Of a stretch of 28,453 nt of DNA, positions 7,089 through 15,907 are shown piece after piece (position 1 is the stretch's first letter; every line of letters begins with the position of its first letter). Where the stretch lies: NCBI GenBank assembly GCA_050042755.1, contig JBHJJJ010000149.1, positions 1 through 28,453 on the forward strand. The letters are read 5' to 3'. The notes beneath the pieces were generated by a model that was given only the letters and a program-made list of their open reading frames with translations, was not told the DNA's origin and ran no database searches. Position numbers and translations under genes: made by a program. This stretch comes from Rivularia sp. (in: cyanobacteria). GTDB taxonomy: Bacteria; Cyanobacteriota; Cyanobacteriia; Cyanobacteriales; Nostocaceae.

Positions 7089-9662
7089 ATGAAAGATCTA
7101 TCAGTTTTATTGACTGTAATCACTGAATATCTTGGAGAAACGACTAAAAATCAAGAAGTGCTCAGGGAGAAAGATAACAAGCACTATAATGAAGCAAAGT
7201 TTACTGTTGATAAGACGGGAGAAACTAGAGGCTTTTCGATTCAAAGCAATGCGCCCTTTGAGAAAAAACTTGATGGCAATCAACTTCAAAGTTATCAAAA
7301 GTATTTAGTAAATCCACGGCAAATTAAAGAGTCAAAAGAAGGATCAAAAAAATATCCTACCCTAGAGAGTAATCATATTTGGTTTGATGCGCTTTATGCC
7401 CTAGCCATGGAAGAAGTTCGTCAATGTTCGGTGTCTGAGATTAAAGATGGTGCCTATAATAATGGAAATTCTATCTCGGCACCTGATGGGGGATATTTTG
7501 AGACAGGTTTATTCTGGACTTATGTTTGGACAAGGGATACTTCCTATTCTGTGGATCTGAGTTTAGCTGTTATTGACCCAATTAGGTCATTAAATTCTTT
7601 AAATTTTAAGCTCTCTGAACGCCGTGAAGGAGGCAATCTTCAAATCATACAAGACACAGGCACGGGGGGTAGTTATCCCATTTCAAGCGATCGCGTTAGT
7701 TTCAGTTTTGGTTGTCGTGCTTTGTTGCGACAACTCCAAGGTAAGACGAGGGATGATTTTGCAAGTCATTCCTATGAAGCTCTCAAAAATACTATTGAAC
7801 ACGATCGTCAAGTAATCTTTGATCCCCGACATGGGCTTTACCGAGGAGAACAGTCATTCTTAGATTGGCGGGAGCAAAGTAATCCTAAATGGACTGCTGA
7901 AGATCCGGTGCAAATTGGCATGTGTAAAGCACTTTCTACTAATTGTTGTCATTTTAACGCGCTACAGTTAGCTGCTTCTTTGGCAAGGGAATTAGGTGAG
8001 CCAGAGTCAGAAAATAAGTATAAAAAATGGGCCCAGGAGTTACGTGAAGCGATCCGCACTCATCTGTATTTACCAGAAGAAAAACTCTACTCTACCTTTA
8101 TTACTACAACTTTTGCTCCAGGGGCAGCCCATCAATACGATCTATTGGGCAATGCCTTGGTTATTTTGGTTGGTATTGCTGACGAGGAACAAGCCAGTGA
8201 AATAGTTTCTAACTACCCTCATTTACCGAAAGGAGCTTCTGTAATTTGGCCTCAACAAAGGGATACCCCCATTTACCATAATCAAGCAATTTGGCCCTTT
8301 GTTACGGCTTATTGGCTCAGAGCGGCGAAAAAAGTCAAAAACGATCGAGTAGTCACCCTTGGATTAAGTTCCTTAGTTAGAGGTGCTGCCTTAAGTTTAT
8401 CGAATATGGAAAATTTCGATGCAGATACTGGGCTTGTTGAAATAGACTCGCAAGAAAAACAACCTGTAGTAAATTCTCCACGTCAGTTATGGTCGGTGGC
8501 AGGTTATTTATCGGCGATTCATGAGCTTATTTTTGGAATCAGTTGGACGGATTCAGGAATTCTCATCGATCCTTATATTACCCGTGAATTTCGTAATTGT
8601 CTTTTACCCAAGTCAAATCAATTGGTCTTAAATGGCTTGCTTTATAAGGAGCATCAACTGGATATTACAATTAATTTGCCTCCTACTACTAAAGAAATGG
8701 CAGGAGCTTATGCAGTTGGAGAAATTCGTCTTAATGGACAACAGATAAAGATCGGCTCAGAGATTATTGAATCAATGCTTGACGATCGCAATACCCTTGA
8801 GGTTAAATTAGTTGAGGGTAGTACAGAAACTTCTTCGATTAATCTTGTTACCAATCTGAAAGATTATCGATACAGATTTGCGCCTAGACCACCTATAGTT
8901 GATTCTATAATTGCAATAGATCATCAATTAGAAATAAAGTTTCATCTTGATGGTGAAAATCCTTCGGAAGTTACAATTAATGTTTATCGAGATGGAGATT
9001 TAGTTGCCCAAGGATTATCTGGACATAGTACTAGTTGGCGCGATCCAAACAGTCAGGGGACTCAATCACCTAGCTACTGTTACAACTTAGAAGCAGTTTA
9101 CATCAGTGGCGGTACGACTTCCCAACGTTCTAAACCTTTCTGTTATTGGGGAGATAATAGCGATCGCATTTATTTTGTAGATGCCGATCAATTTTCCGTA
9201 ACCGGGGGCGATCGTCCTATTTCTTCTAGACATGGTAAAAACCATTATGAAAATTGGGGTAAACCTGATGATAGTATCACAGTTAAGATAAAACCTAAGT
9301 TTGATGGTCCTCATGCTATTCAGGTAGTGGCAGCAAATGGTGCAGGCCCCATCGATACGGGAATTACTTGTGCTGTAAAACACTTGCAAATGAAAGATTC
9401 ACAAGATCAAATAGTTGCAGATGGTTATTTAGTAATGCCTCATCTTGGTAAGTGGGATCGCTGGTTAGAGTCTTCGGTTATTTATACCGAAGTGGACTTA
9501 ATCAAAAATCGAGAATACGAAATCAGTATTTTTGGTGACGAAGGAGCCATAAATATGTCAACTTTTAAACACAATGAAGAATATACAGGTGGCAAAGGAG
9601 GAACCGGAGGAGCTTACAATTATGTAAATATTGCTCAAGTAAAGTTGAATGCTTTAAGCTAA
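7089..9662 (+). CDS. Putative (alpha/alpha)6-barrel glycoside hydrolase (GH15 / glycogen-debranching-like catalytic domain) with about 270-aa C-terminal beta-sandwich/CBM-like region
   Basis: 857-aa ORF. The WxRD block FWTYVWTRDTSYS, YRGEQSFLDWRE, IWPFVTAYWL and PRQLWSVAGYL resemble (alpha/alpha)6 glycosidase signatures. No signal peptide. Family assignment is tentative. Confidence 0.55.
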   Translation: MKDLSVLLTVITEYLGETTKNQEVLREKDNKHYNEAKFTVDKTGETRGFSIQSNAPFEKKLDGNQLQSYQKYLVNPRQIKESKEGSKKYPTLESNHIWFDALYALAMEEVRQCSVSEIKDGAYNNGNSISAPDGGYFETGLFWTYVWTRDTSYSVDLSLAVIDPIRSLNSLNFKLSERREGGNLQIIQDTGTGGSYPISSDRVSFSFGCRALLRQLQGKTRDDFASHSYEALKNTIEHDRQVIFDPRHGLYRGEQSFLDWREQSNPKWTAEDPVQIGMCKALSTNCCHFNALQLAASLARELGEPESENKYKKWAQELREAIRTHLYLPEEKLYSTFITTTFAPGAAHQYDLLGNALVILVGIADEEQASEIVSNYPHLPKGASVIWPQQRDTPIYHNQAIWPFVTAYWLRAAKKVKNDRVVTLGLSSLVRGAALSLSNMENFDADTGLVEIDSQEKQPVVNSPRQLWSVAGYLSAIHELIFGISWTDSGILIDPYITREFRNCLLPKSNQLVLNGLLYKEHQLDITINLPPTTKEMAGAYAVGEIRLNGQQIKIGSEIIESMLDDRNTLEVKLVEGSTETSSINLVTNLKDYRYRFAPRPPIVDSIIAIDHQLEIKFHLDGENPSEVTINVYRDGDLVAQGLSGHSTSWRDPNSQGTQSPSYCYNLEAVYISGGTTSQRSKPFCYWGDNSDRIYFVDADQFSVTGGDRPISSRHGKNHYENWGKPDDSITVKIKPKFDGPHAIQVVAANGAGPIDTGITCAVKHLQMKDSQDQIVADGYLVMPHLGKWDRWLESSVIYTEVDLIKNREYEISIFGDEGAINMSTFKHNEEYTGGKGGTGGAYNYVNIAQVKLNALS

Positions 9663-9767
9663 AGTTTTTTGTCTGTTGGCTTTACACTGTTAGGGCTTCT
9701 GAGAAACTAAAAATCAAGCTATATAAGGCGTTATAAGTTATAAACAATATCTTTGAAGGAGTAAAAT

Positions 9768-11645
9768 ATGGGTGAAATTAAGGTAAAACCGAGAGTGATT
9801 GATTGCGAGACTGCCTCTAATAAAGAATACGATGTTGTGATCGTGGGAGCAGGAGTAGCCGGAGCAATAGTCGCCAAACAATTAAGCGAACAGGGAAAGA
9901 CTGTTTTAATAGTTGAGGCAGGATCTGGAAAGGATTTAACCCTTGAAGGCTATCAAAGTTACGTCGATCATTTTCATTCTGCTTTAGGAAAGGATAACAA
10001 TGCCCCTTATCCTAGAAATCCCAATGCTCCAAGTCCTAGGAGTCCTGATGTCAGCAAATTGATTCCAGGGCAGATTGATGCAAGTGCATATTTAGTACAG
10101 CGAGGACCTTTAGCCCTTGACAGTACCAATACCAGGGCTACTGGCGGGACAACTATGCATTGGGAGGGGAAAACCCCACGCATGTTACCAGGGGATTTCA
10201 AATTACGCAGTACATATGGACAAGGACTAGATTGGCCCTTTGACTATGACCATCTGATGCCCTACTTCAGGATTGCCGAGAGGGAGCTAGGGGTTTCAGG
10301 TAATGTAGAAGATCAAATAAAGCTAGGGGGGGTATATAAAGAAGACTATGTCTTCCCGATGAAAGAGATGCCTCCCTCTTACTTAGATAAGACAATTAAG
10401 GAAAAAATTGATAATAGCACAGTAGAATTGGATGGTGAAACTTATACATTAGATGTGCTGACTTTTCCCCAGGCTAGAAATGGTATACCCAATCCCGATT
10501 ACTACAAAGGTGTTGACGATTACCGCGAGGGCGATCGCTTCGATCCTGATGGACTGACTAGCGTACATCCTGTTGAATATGGTGAACGTTGCCAAGGTAA
10601 CGCCAACTGCGTGCCTATTTGTCCCGTTCAAGCGAAGTATGATGCCCGCAAAACTTTAGGTAAAGCATTTAATACCGAACGAGTGGATATACTTCCTCAG
10701 GCTGTGGCATCCAAGATTGAAATTAACCCTGAAAACAATCGAGTTACTGCCGTTCACTTTAAGTGCTATCAGGATAAGAACTCTCCGAAGCATGAAACCG
10801 GAATAGCGAAAGGTAAACTGTTTGTACTAGCAGCCAATGCAGTAGAGAATGCTCGATTGCTTCTGTCTTCAAATCTTCCAACAACCAAAAGCAGCGAATT
10901 GATTGGCAGACATCTGATGGATCACCCTTATGTACTCTGCTGGGGATTGATGCCTGAAGTGACTGGCACTATGCGAGGGCCTTTGTGTACATCAGGAATC
11001 GTAGCATTTCGTAAAGGTGATTTTCGTCACAAGCAAGGTGCATTTGCGATCGATATCCATAATGATGGTTGGGGCTGGGCAACTGGTTCTCCCGACACTG
11101 ATGTTCTTGATATTATTGATAACAAAAACAAGTACGGTAAGGGACTGCGCGAAGAACTGGTAAGTAAAATCTCGCGACAGTTATTGCTTGCTTGTATGTG
11201 TGAGTTACCTGCCGATCCCAGTAACCGAGTGACAATAGATCCCAATTATACAGATCCTTTAGGTAATTATCGCCCTGTGATATCCTTTAACATATCTGAC
11301 TACTGTAAGAGGACACTTGCTTATGCAAGATATATCTGTAGTCTGGTCTTCCAGCGCTTGGGAGCAGAGGAATATACACACTACGATCCATCTGACTACG
11401 GATATTTTACTTATGAAGGTGAGGGCTATGTCTTCCGGGGTGGTAACCACTATGCAGGCACTCATGTAATGGGTACTAGCCCAGATAATTCTGTTGTTGA
11501 CAAGCATCAGCGTTCTTGGGATCATAAAAATCTTTATTTAGTAGGCGCTGGTAGCATGCCAACCATTGGTAGTTCTAACACAACTGTCACACTTTCAGCT
11601 ATGACTTTTTACAGTACAGAGCAAATGCTCAAAGACTTAAATTAA
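9768..11645 (+). CDS. GMC-family FAD-dependent sugar/polyol dehydrogenase catalytic subunit with Cys-rich 3Fe-4S-type motif
   Basis: Strong RBS aaggag. FAD fold DVVIVGAGVAGAIVAKQL...VEAG. C-terminal GMC block HYAGTHVMGT...NLYLVGAGSMPT. Motif C-QGNAN-C-VPI-C-PVQAKY at 10590-10640. Confidence 0.85.
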   Translation: MGEIKVKPRVIDCETASNKEYDVVIVGAGVAGAIVAKQLSEQGKTVLIVEAGSGKDLTLEGYQSYVDHFHSALGKDNNAPYPRNPNAPSPRSPDVSKLIPGQIDASAYLVQRGPLALDSTNTRATGGTTMHWEGKTPRMLPGDFKLRSTYGQGLDWPFDYDHLMPYFRIAERELGVSGNVEDQIKLGGVYKEDYVFPMKEMPPSYLDKTIKEKIDNSTVELDGETYTLDVLTFPQARNGIPNPDYYKGVDDYREGDRFDPDGLTSVHPVEYGERCQGNANCVPICPVQAKYDARKTLGKAFNTERVDILPQAVASKIEINPENNRVTAVHFKCYQDKNSPKHETGIAKGKLFVLAANAVENARLLLSSNLPTTKSSELIGRHLMDHPYVLCWGLMPEVTGTMRGPLCTSGIVAFRKGDFRHKQGAFAIDIHNDGWGWATGSPDTDVLDIIDNKNKYGKGLREELVSKISRQLLLACMCELPADPSNRVTIDPNYTDPLGNYRPVISFNISDYCKRTLAYARYICSLVFQRLGAEEYTHYDPSDYGYFTYEGEGYVFRGGNHYAGTHVMGTSPDNSVVDKHQRSWDHKNLYLVGAGSMPTIGSSNTTVTLSAMTFYSTEQMLKDLN

Positions 11646-11741
11646 TCGATATCTATTAGGTTTAAGAGTCTTGTATCTTAAGCAAAAAAGTGGGAAAAAG
11701 TTCAACCTTATATTACAGAATCGGAAATTGCCAGGGGAGAT

Positions 11742-12947
11742 ATGGTAAGCACAAACAAGGATAATTATGCCATTTCAAGTATTGAGAACTTGCGCGAGTA
11801 TCTGTATTGGGCAATGAGTATTGAACATTCAACGATTCCGCCTTACATCATGGCACTCTACTCGATTAAGCCCGGTACAAATCTACAAGCATTCCAAATA
11901 CTTCGCTCTGTTGCCGTAGAAGAAATGCTGCACCTAACTCTAGCAGCCAATGTCTTTAATGCTGTTGGAGGAAAGATCGAAAATACTTTGAGTGGTTCTG
12001 ACTTTATCCCAGAATATCCAACCACCATAGCAACGGGAGAAGACGACTTTGAAGTTTCCCTAGAGAAATTTTCTAGGCAAAGTGTAGAAACTTTCCTCAA
12101 CATTGAACGTTCAAAACATGTGCCTGAAGATAAACCATTAGTGGGAAAAAGAGATCCCAAAAAAAGGTGGTTGACACGTGTTCCTAAGACTGGAAAGGAG
12201 GAAGGTTTTAGTTTCTATAGCATTGGGCTGTTCTATGCAGAGATTATCCGTGGTTTGAATGCCTTGTATAGAGAGCATCGTGACGATCTGTTTTGTGGCG
12301 ATCCTCAGCGGCAAATTACACCTGATTATTACTTTGATGGTGGAGGGGAAATTATCCCAGTTAAGAATCTACGCTCTGCAATACGTGCTTTGAAGATGAT
12401 TCAAGATCAAGGAGAGGGTTCGAGACAAGGAAGTATCTATGATGCAGAAAGAGAGCTTTCCCATTATTGTCGTTTTGAACAATTGTTGATCTTGGATACA
12501 AAGTATAGATCGGACTTGAAGAAAAACTTGCAAGATGAATTGGGTGATGGCTGGAAAGATGTATTGGGTGAAGACTGGAAAGAAGATGTGGGTGGAGACG
12601 GCTGGGGGCAATATTACCGGATAGATAGAGATAATCCAGAGAAATCCGATAAGCCATTTCATCCTACTGGTGAAAAATTTAAAGTTGATTGGGACGCTGT
12701 TTATCCCGTTAAGGACAATGCTAAGCTAAGTGATTACCCAGAAGGATCTGAGTTGCATACTGCAGCGAAGGAATTCCAGTCCAGCTACAAAGATTTCCTT
12801 GGTAAGATTGAGTACTCCTTTGATGGGCATCCCGATCGTTTAATTCCCGCAATCGGTGGCATGTTCAAGCTTAAGTATGGGGCTGAGCGGATAATGAAAA
12901 ATCCGATTCCAGGAGAGGAAGGAGTTAATGGCGCACCAATCTTCTGA
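11742..12947 (+). CDS. Ferritin-like (putative diiron) domain protein
   Basis: 401-aa ORF. N-terminal SIEHSTIPPYIMALYSI block typical of ferritin-like domain proteins. Two ExxH motifs: EMLH (codons 11922-11933) and ELSH (12453-12464). RBS ggggag. Confidence 0.65.
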   Translation: MVSTNKDNYAISSIENLREYLYWAMSIEHSTIPPYIMALYSIKPGTNLQAFQILRSVAVEEMLHLTLAANVFNAVGGKIENTLSGSDFIPEYPTTIATGEDDFEVSLEKFSRQSVETFLNIERSKHVPEDKPLVGKRDPKKRWLTRVPKTGKEEGFSFYSIGLFYAEIIRGLNALYREHRDDLFCGDPQRQITPDYYFDGGGEIIPVKNLRSAIRALKMIQDQGEGSRQGSIYDAERELSHYCRFEQLLILDTKYRSDLKKNLQDELGDGWKDVLGEDWKEDVGGDGWGQYYRIDRDNPEKSDKPFHPTGEKFKVDWDAVYPVKDNAKLSDYPEGSELHTAAKEFQSSYKDFLGKIEYSFDGHPDRLIPAIGGMFKLKYGAERIMKNPIPGEEGVNGAPIF

Positions 12948-12952
12948 TTAGA

Positions 12953-13097
12953 CTAGGGCGTATTTTCAAACCCTAACCGCTCTCAGGCTAAAGCCTGGAG
13001 CTATACAAAAGGTGCCCTTAAAGGGCTAAAAACCCTAATTTTTCTAGCCCGCTGCCACGGCGAATTTAGTGACGGCGAATTTGAAAACACGCCCTAG
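12953..13097. mobile_element. MITE-like element (145 bp) with 18-bp terminal inverted repeats
   Basis: Left TIR ctagggcgtattttcaaa (12953-12970) against right TIR tttgaaaacacgccctag (13080-13097), 17/18 complementary. Internal direct repeat acggcgaattt x2. Non-coding. Begins 6 bp after the stop at 12945-12947. Confidence 0.75.
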
Positions 13098-13134
13098 CCT
13101 TTAGACATAAACGCCGTTCAAAAATTTGACTGTG

Positions 13135-13162
13135 CAATCTCCGTATTCAAAAACGGAGATTG
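13135..13162. other. Perfect 10-bp stem / 8-nt loop hairpin in the leader of the small-subunit gene
   Basis: caatctccgt-attcaaaa-acggagattg. No T-tract on either side, so its function is unclear. Confidence 0.6.
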
Positions 13163-13218
13163 TTAAAGGCTGTCAAAACTGTGAGAGGAACTGAAATTTT
13201 TGTAGAGGAGAACAACCA

Positions 13219-13830
13219 ATGGGCACTAATAAAACTAAGACTGAGTTGATAGAGTATTTTCTAGATTTCTCAGCAGTGATAACTGGCTTTTATAAGTTTT
13301 ACTTACGAGGAACAGGTCAAGTTGACTCATACTACGACACCGTTAATAATATTATTGGCACGGAAATGTTTGAGGGATTGTTAATAACATTCCATAATCT
13401 TGATCTGAAAGCGAAAGCTGAGGGTGATAACTCAGTTTTGAATGAAGGGATTCTCCGTGATATCCTGGGTTCTGAAAAATTCGGTGCGATCTCTCGCAAC
13501 ATCATCAAACTCTGGTATCTAGGTACCTGGTATGAACTGCCTACATCATGGCGGGAAAAATTTGGTAATAAGGAGAAAGATATAAACTTTGTTGTAAGTC
13601 CACAAGCTTATAATGAAGGACTTTTGTGGCCTACCCTTAGCGTTAATCCTCGTGCTGCAAAAGCACCGGGATATGGCACCTGGGCTGAGGCTCCTTATGA
13701 ACCCCCTAAAATATACGATATTAAGGATACTAACTCACTCGAAGATGTGAAAAGCGTAGATTCTGACATTTTGAAGTCGAAACCAGTTGACATTGGCACC
13801 AAAGTATTAAACAAAACAAAATCTAACTGA
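13219..13830 (+). CDS. Small (gamma-like, 'hitch-hiker') subunit of FAD-dependent sugar dehydrogenase complexes (sorbitol-DH small-subunit family), lacking a Tat signal
   Basis: FLDFSAVITG, IIKLWYLGTW and VVSPQAYNEGLLWPTL...APGYGTWAEAP are collinear with the Burkholderia FAD-GDH gamma subunit as I recall it. RBS gaggag. No RR signal at the N-terminus. Confidence 0.6.
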   Translation: MGTNKTKTELIEYFLDFSAVITGFYKFYLRGTGQVDSYYDTVNNIIGTEMFEGLLITFHNLDLKAKAEGDNSVLNEGILRDILGSEKFGAISRNIIKLWYLGTWYELPTSWREKFGNKEKDINFVVSPQAYNEGLLWPTLSVNPRAAKAPGYGTWAEAPYEPPKIYDIKDTNSLEDVKSVDSDILKSKPVDIGTKVLNKTKSN

Positions 13831-13853
13831 AAAATCAAACGTAAAAAACAAGT

Positions 13854-14543
13854 ATGAACATTCAACCTTGGTTTCGTAAACTTTCTACTATTGCCCTGAT
13901 AATTATCGTTAGTTTAACGATATTTACTGCACCATCTTATGCTTTTGTCCCTAGCGATAAAGTACAGATCAATGTAAATCACTTGAAGAAGACAAATGAA
14001 TGTAATCAATGCGATCTATCAGGGGCAAATTTGTCTGGAGCCGATTTATATGGCAGTGCGCTGCTTGAAGCCAATCTATCGGGAGCAGATCTATCTGATG
14101 CCTTACTGAATGATGCCAAGCTAAAAGGAGCGAATTTATCGGGAGCGAATTTATCTAATGCCCTGCTCATGGGCATAACCTTGTCGGAAGCCAATCTAAC
14201 AAACGCTAATTTATCCAGTGCAGATTTGTACAATGCTCTTATGGAGAGTACAACATTGTCAGGAGCAGATTTAACAGGTGCCGATCTAACCTCGGCTATT
14301 TTATCTGAAACGGATTTGTCTAATGTTGATGGTGAAAATGTCAATTTAGATCAAGCAATTTTAAATAAAGCTAATCTATCGGGAGCAAATTTTACCCACG
14401 CTAAAATGAGAAATGCTAGGTTAGCCGAAGCCATACTTGAAGGAACCAAGCTGTTTGAGGCCGATCTATATCGTGCTGTTATGCCTGACACTACTATCTA
14501 TAAGGGAAAGGGAGATGTGTCAAAATTCGGTGCTTATCAGTAG
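13854..14543 (+). CDS. Pentapeptide-repeat protein with N-terminal signal peptide
   Basis: Hydrophobic N-terminus ending PSYA|F, followed by about 30 consecutive A(N/D)LSx pentapeptides (ANLSGADLYGSALLEANLSGADLSDA...). Confidence 0.9.
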   Translation: MNIQPWFRKLSTIALIIIVSLTIFTAPSYAFVPSDKVQINVNHLKKTNECNQCDLSGANLSGADLYGSALLEANLSGADLSDALLNDAKLKGANLSGANLSNALLMGITLSEANLTNANLSSADLYNALMESTTLSGADLTGADLTSAILSETDLSNVDGENVNLDQAILNKANLSGANFTHAKMRNARLAEAILEGTKLFEADLYRAVMPDTTIYKGKGDVSKFGAYQ

Positions 14544-14572
14544 CAGTCGATTATTCAATTAAAGATTTTTAG

Positions 14573-14701
14573 GCGTTGCTGAATGTGGCGGATGAAGTGA
14601 TAATTTCTTATTGTTCTCAGACGTTGCAATGCGGAAGTCTCTACAAAGTTTTCGTTACAAAATGTAGATAAATATAATGCTTCTGCTAAATTCAGCAACG
14701 C
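14573..14701. repeat. 129-bp unit bounded by a perfect 12-bp inverted repeat (MITE-like, or a structured leader)
   Basis: gcgttgctgaat (14573-14584) and attcagcaacgc (14690-14701), followed by tgatttttt. Lies 52 bp upstream of the ATG at 14754. Confidence 0.5.
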
Positions 14702-14753
14702 TGATTTTTTGTTCTCCTCAAACAACTTTTTAGTCTCATAACAGGATGCACCG

Positions 14754-15854
14754 ATGTTAAAACAAATTAGACGATTGTTGATTTCTGTTGTTATTTTGAT
14801 GTTATTCGGGATTTCAACTCCACTGCCAGCCAAAGCTGTGACAATCGATCCTCTGACGGGTGAGGATAAGTTGCCTTTGAAGATTTGCCGAGTCGGAGAA
14901 GCCCCTAAACCCCCCATTTTTGAACGCAAAAAAGTTCATTTGGGCATTACTCCCACAGGTTGGAGCAATAGTGACGATCGTAGTATCGATTTGGTTCCTC
15001 CTATCCCTTACCAGCAGATTCTAAGTGAAATGGAACTGGCTGGCTTCAAAGGCTCGCAAGTATCTCCAAAATATCCTGCAGACATCGATATTTTGCATGA
15101 CGAGTTAGAATTGCGTAAGTTAAAGATTTCTGAACCTTGGGTAGGAACTAAGTTCACTACCAATAGGAGCGAAGTTAGCAAGGAAATCTTCCATCAACAG
15201 ATGGACTATATGAAGAGCCTGGGTGATAGGGCTAGCAAGATCATTGTGGTGGCTGAACTAGGTGGTGCTGTCCATCAACAACCTGTTGAACCCTTAAACA
15301 ACAGACCTATTTATAGCGATGAACAATGGGATAAATTGACTGCAGGATTAAATGAGATAGGAAAAGAAGCACATGAAGCAGGGATGCGCTTAGTTTACCA
15401 TCCCCATGTGGGAACAGGAGTGGAAACGAGAAAGGATATCGATCGGTTAATGAACAACACCGATCCTAAATATGTCAAATTACTCCTTGATACTGGTCAT
15501 CTTTACTACGCAGGAGTCGATCCTCTTAAAGTTACCGAAGATTACGCCTATCGCATCGGGCACGTTCACTTAAAAAACATTCGTAAGGACAAGTTAGATG
15601 ACTCTCAAAACAAAAAGCTAAGCTTTATAGAGTCTATCAAAAATGGCGTATTTACCGTTCCTGGTGATTGCAGTGGGGTGATTGAGTTTGAGCCAATTTT
15701 CAAAGCACTTGCCAATTTCAAAGATAAAAAAGGAGAAGATAAAACATATAAAGGATGGTTAGTAGTTGAAGCCGAACAAGATCCAAACAAAGCCGAACCT
15801 TTGCTATACGCCCAAACAGCTCGTAAGTATCTACATCAAGTTACTGGTTTGTAA
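14754..15854 (+). CDS. Inosose dehydratase (IolE)-like xylose-isomerase-fold TIM-barrel enzyme with N-terminal signal peptide
   Basis: From HLGITPTGWSNSDD onward it is collinear with B. subtilis IolE as I recall it (VYHPHVGTGVET, DRLMNNTDPK, LLLDTGH, GVFTVPGDC, YKGWLVVEAEQDPNKAEPL). A 58-aa N-terminal extension begins MLKQIRRLLISVVILMLFGISTPLPAKA|V. Confidence 0.85.
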   Translation: MLKQIRRLLISVVILMLFGISTPLPAKAVTIDPLTGEDKLPLKICRVGEAPKPPIFERKKVHLGITPTGWSNSDDRSIDLVPPIPYQQILSEMELAGFKGSQVSPKYPADIDILHDELELRKLKISEPWVGTKFTTNRSEVSKEIFHQQMDYMKSLGDRASKIIVVAELGGAVHQQPVEPLNNRPIYSDEQWDKLTAGLNEIGKEAHEAGMRLVYHPHVGTGVETRKDIDRLMNNTDPKYVKLLLDTGHLYYAGVDPLKVTEDYAYRIGHVHLKNIRKDKLDDSQNKKLSFIESIKNGVFTVPGDCSGVIEFEPIFKALANFKDKKGEDKTYKGWLVVEAEQDPNKAEPLLYAQTARKYLHQVTGL

Positions 15855-15907
15855 TCCAAGACTGGTTGATTAATATAGCGTTTTTCATTTGAGTTAAATA
15901 CTTCTGT

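Noticed and set aside
12361-12662. Two overlapping minus-strand ORFs (98 and 97 aa)
   Set aside because: They are antisense to the ferritin-like gene and are kept open by the tandem repeat composition. The products are low-complexity His/Ser/Leu-rich.
14006-14344. 112-aa minus-strand ORF
   Set aside because: It is antisense to the pentapeptide-repeat gene, and the periodic repeat keeps the reverse frame open.
14555-14929. 124-aa minus-strand ORF spanning the IolE-like start
   Set aside because: It overlaps the inverted-repeat element and the signal-peptide coding region of a well-supported gene. It has no RBS and no motifs.
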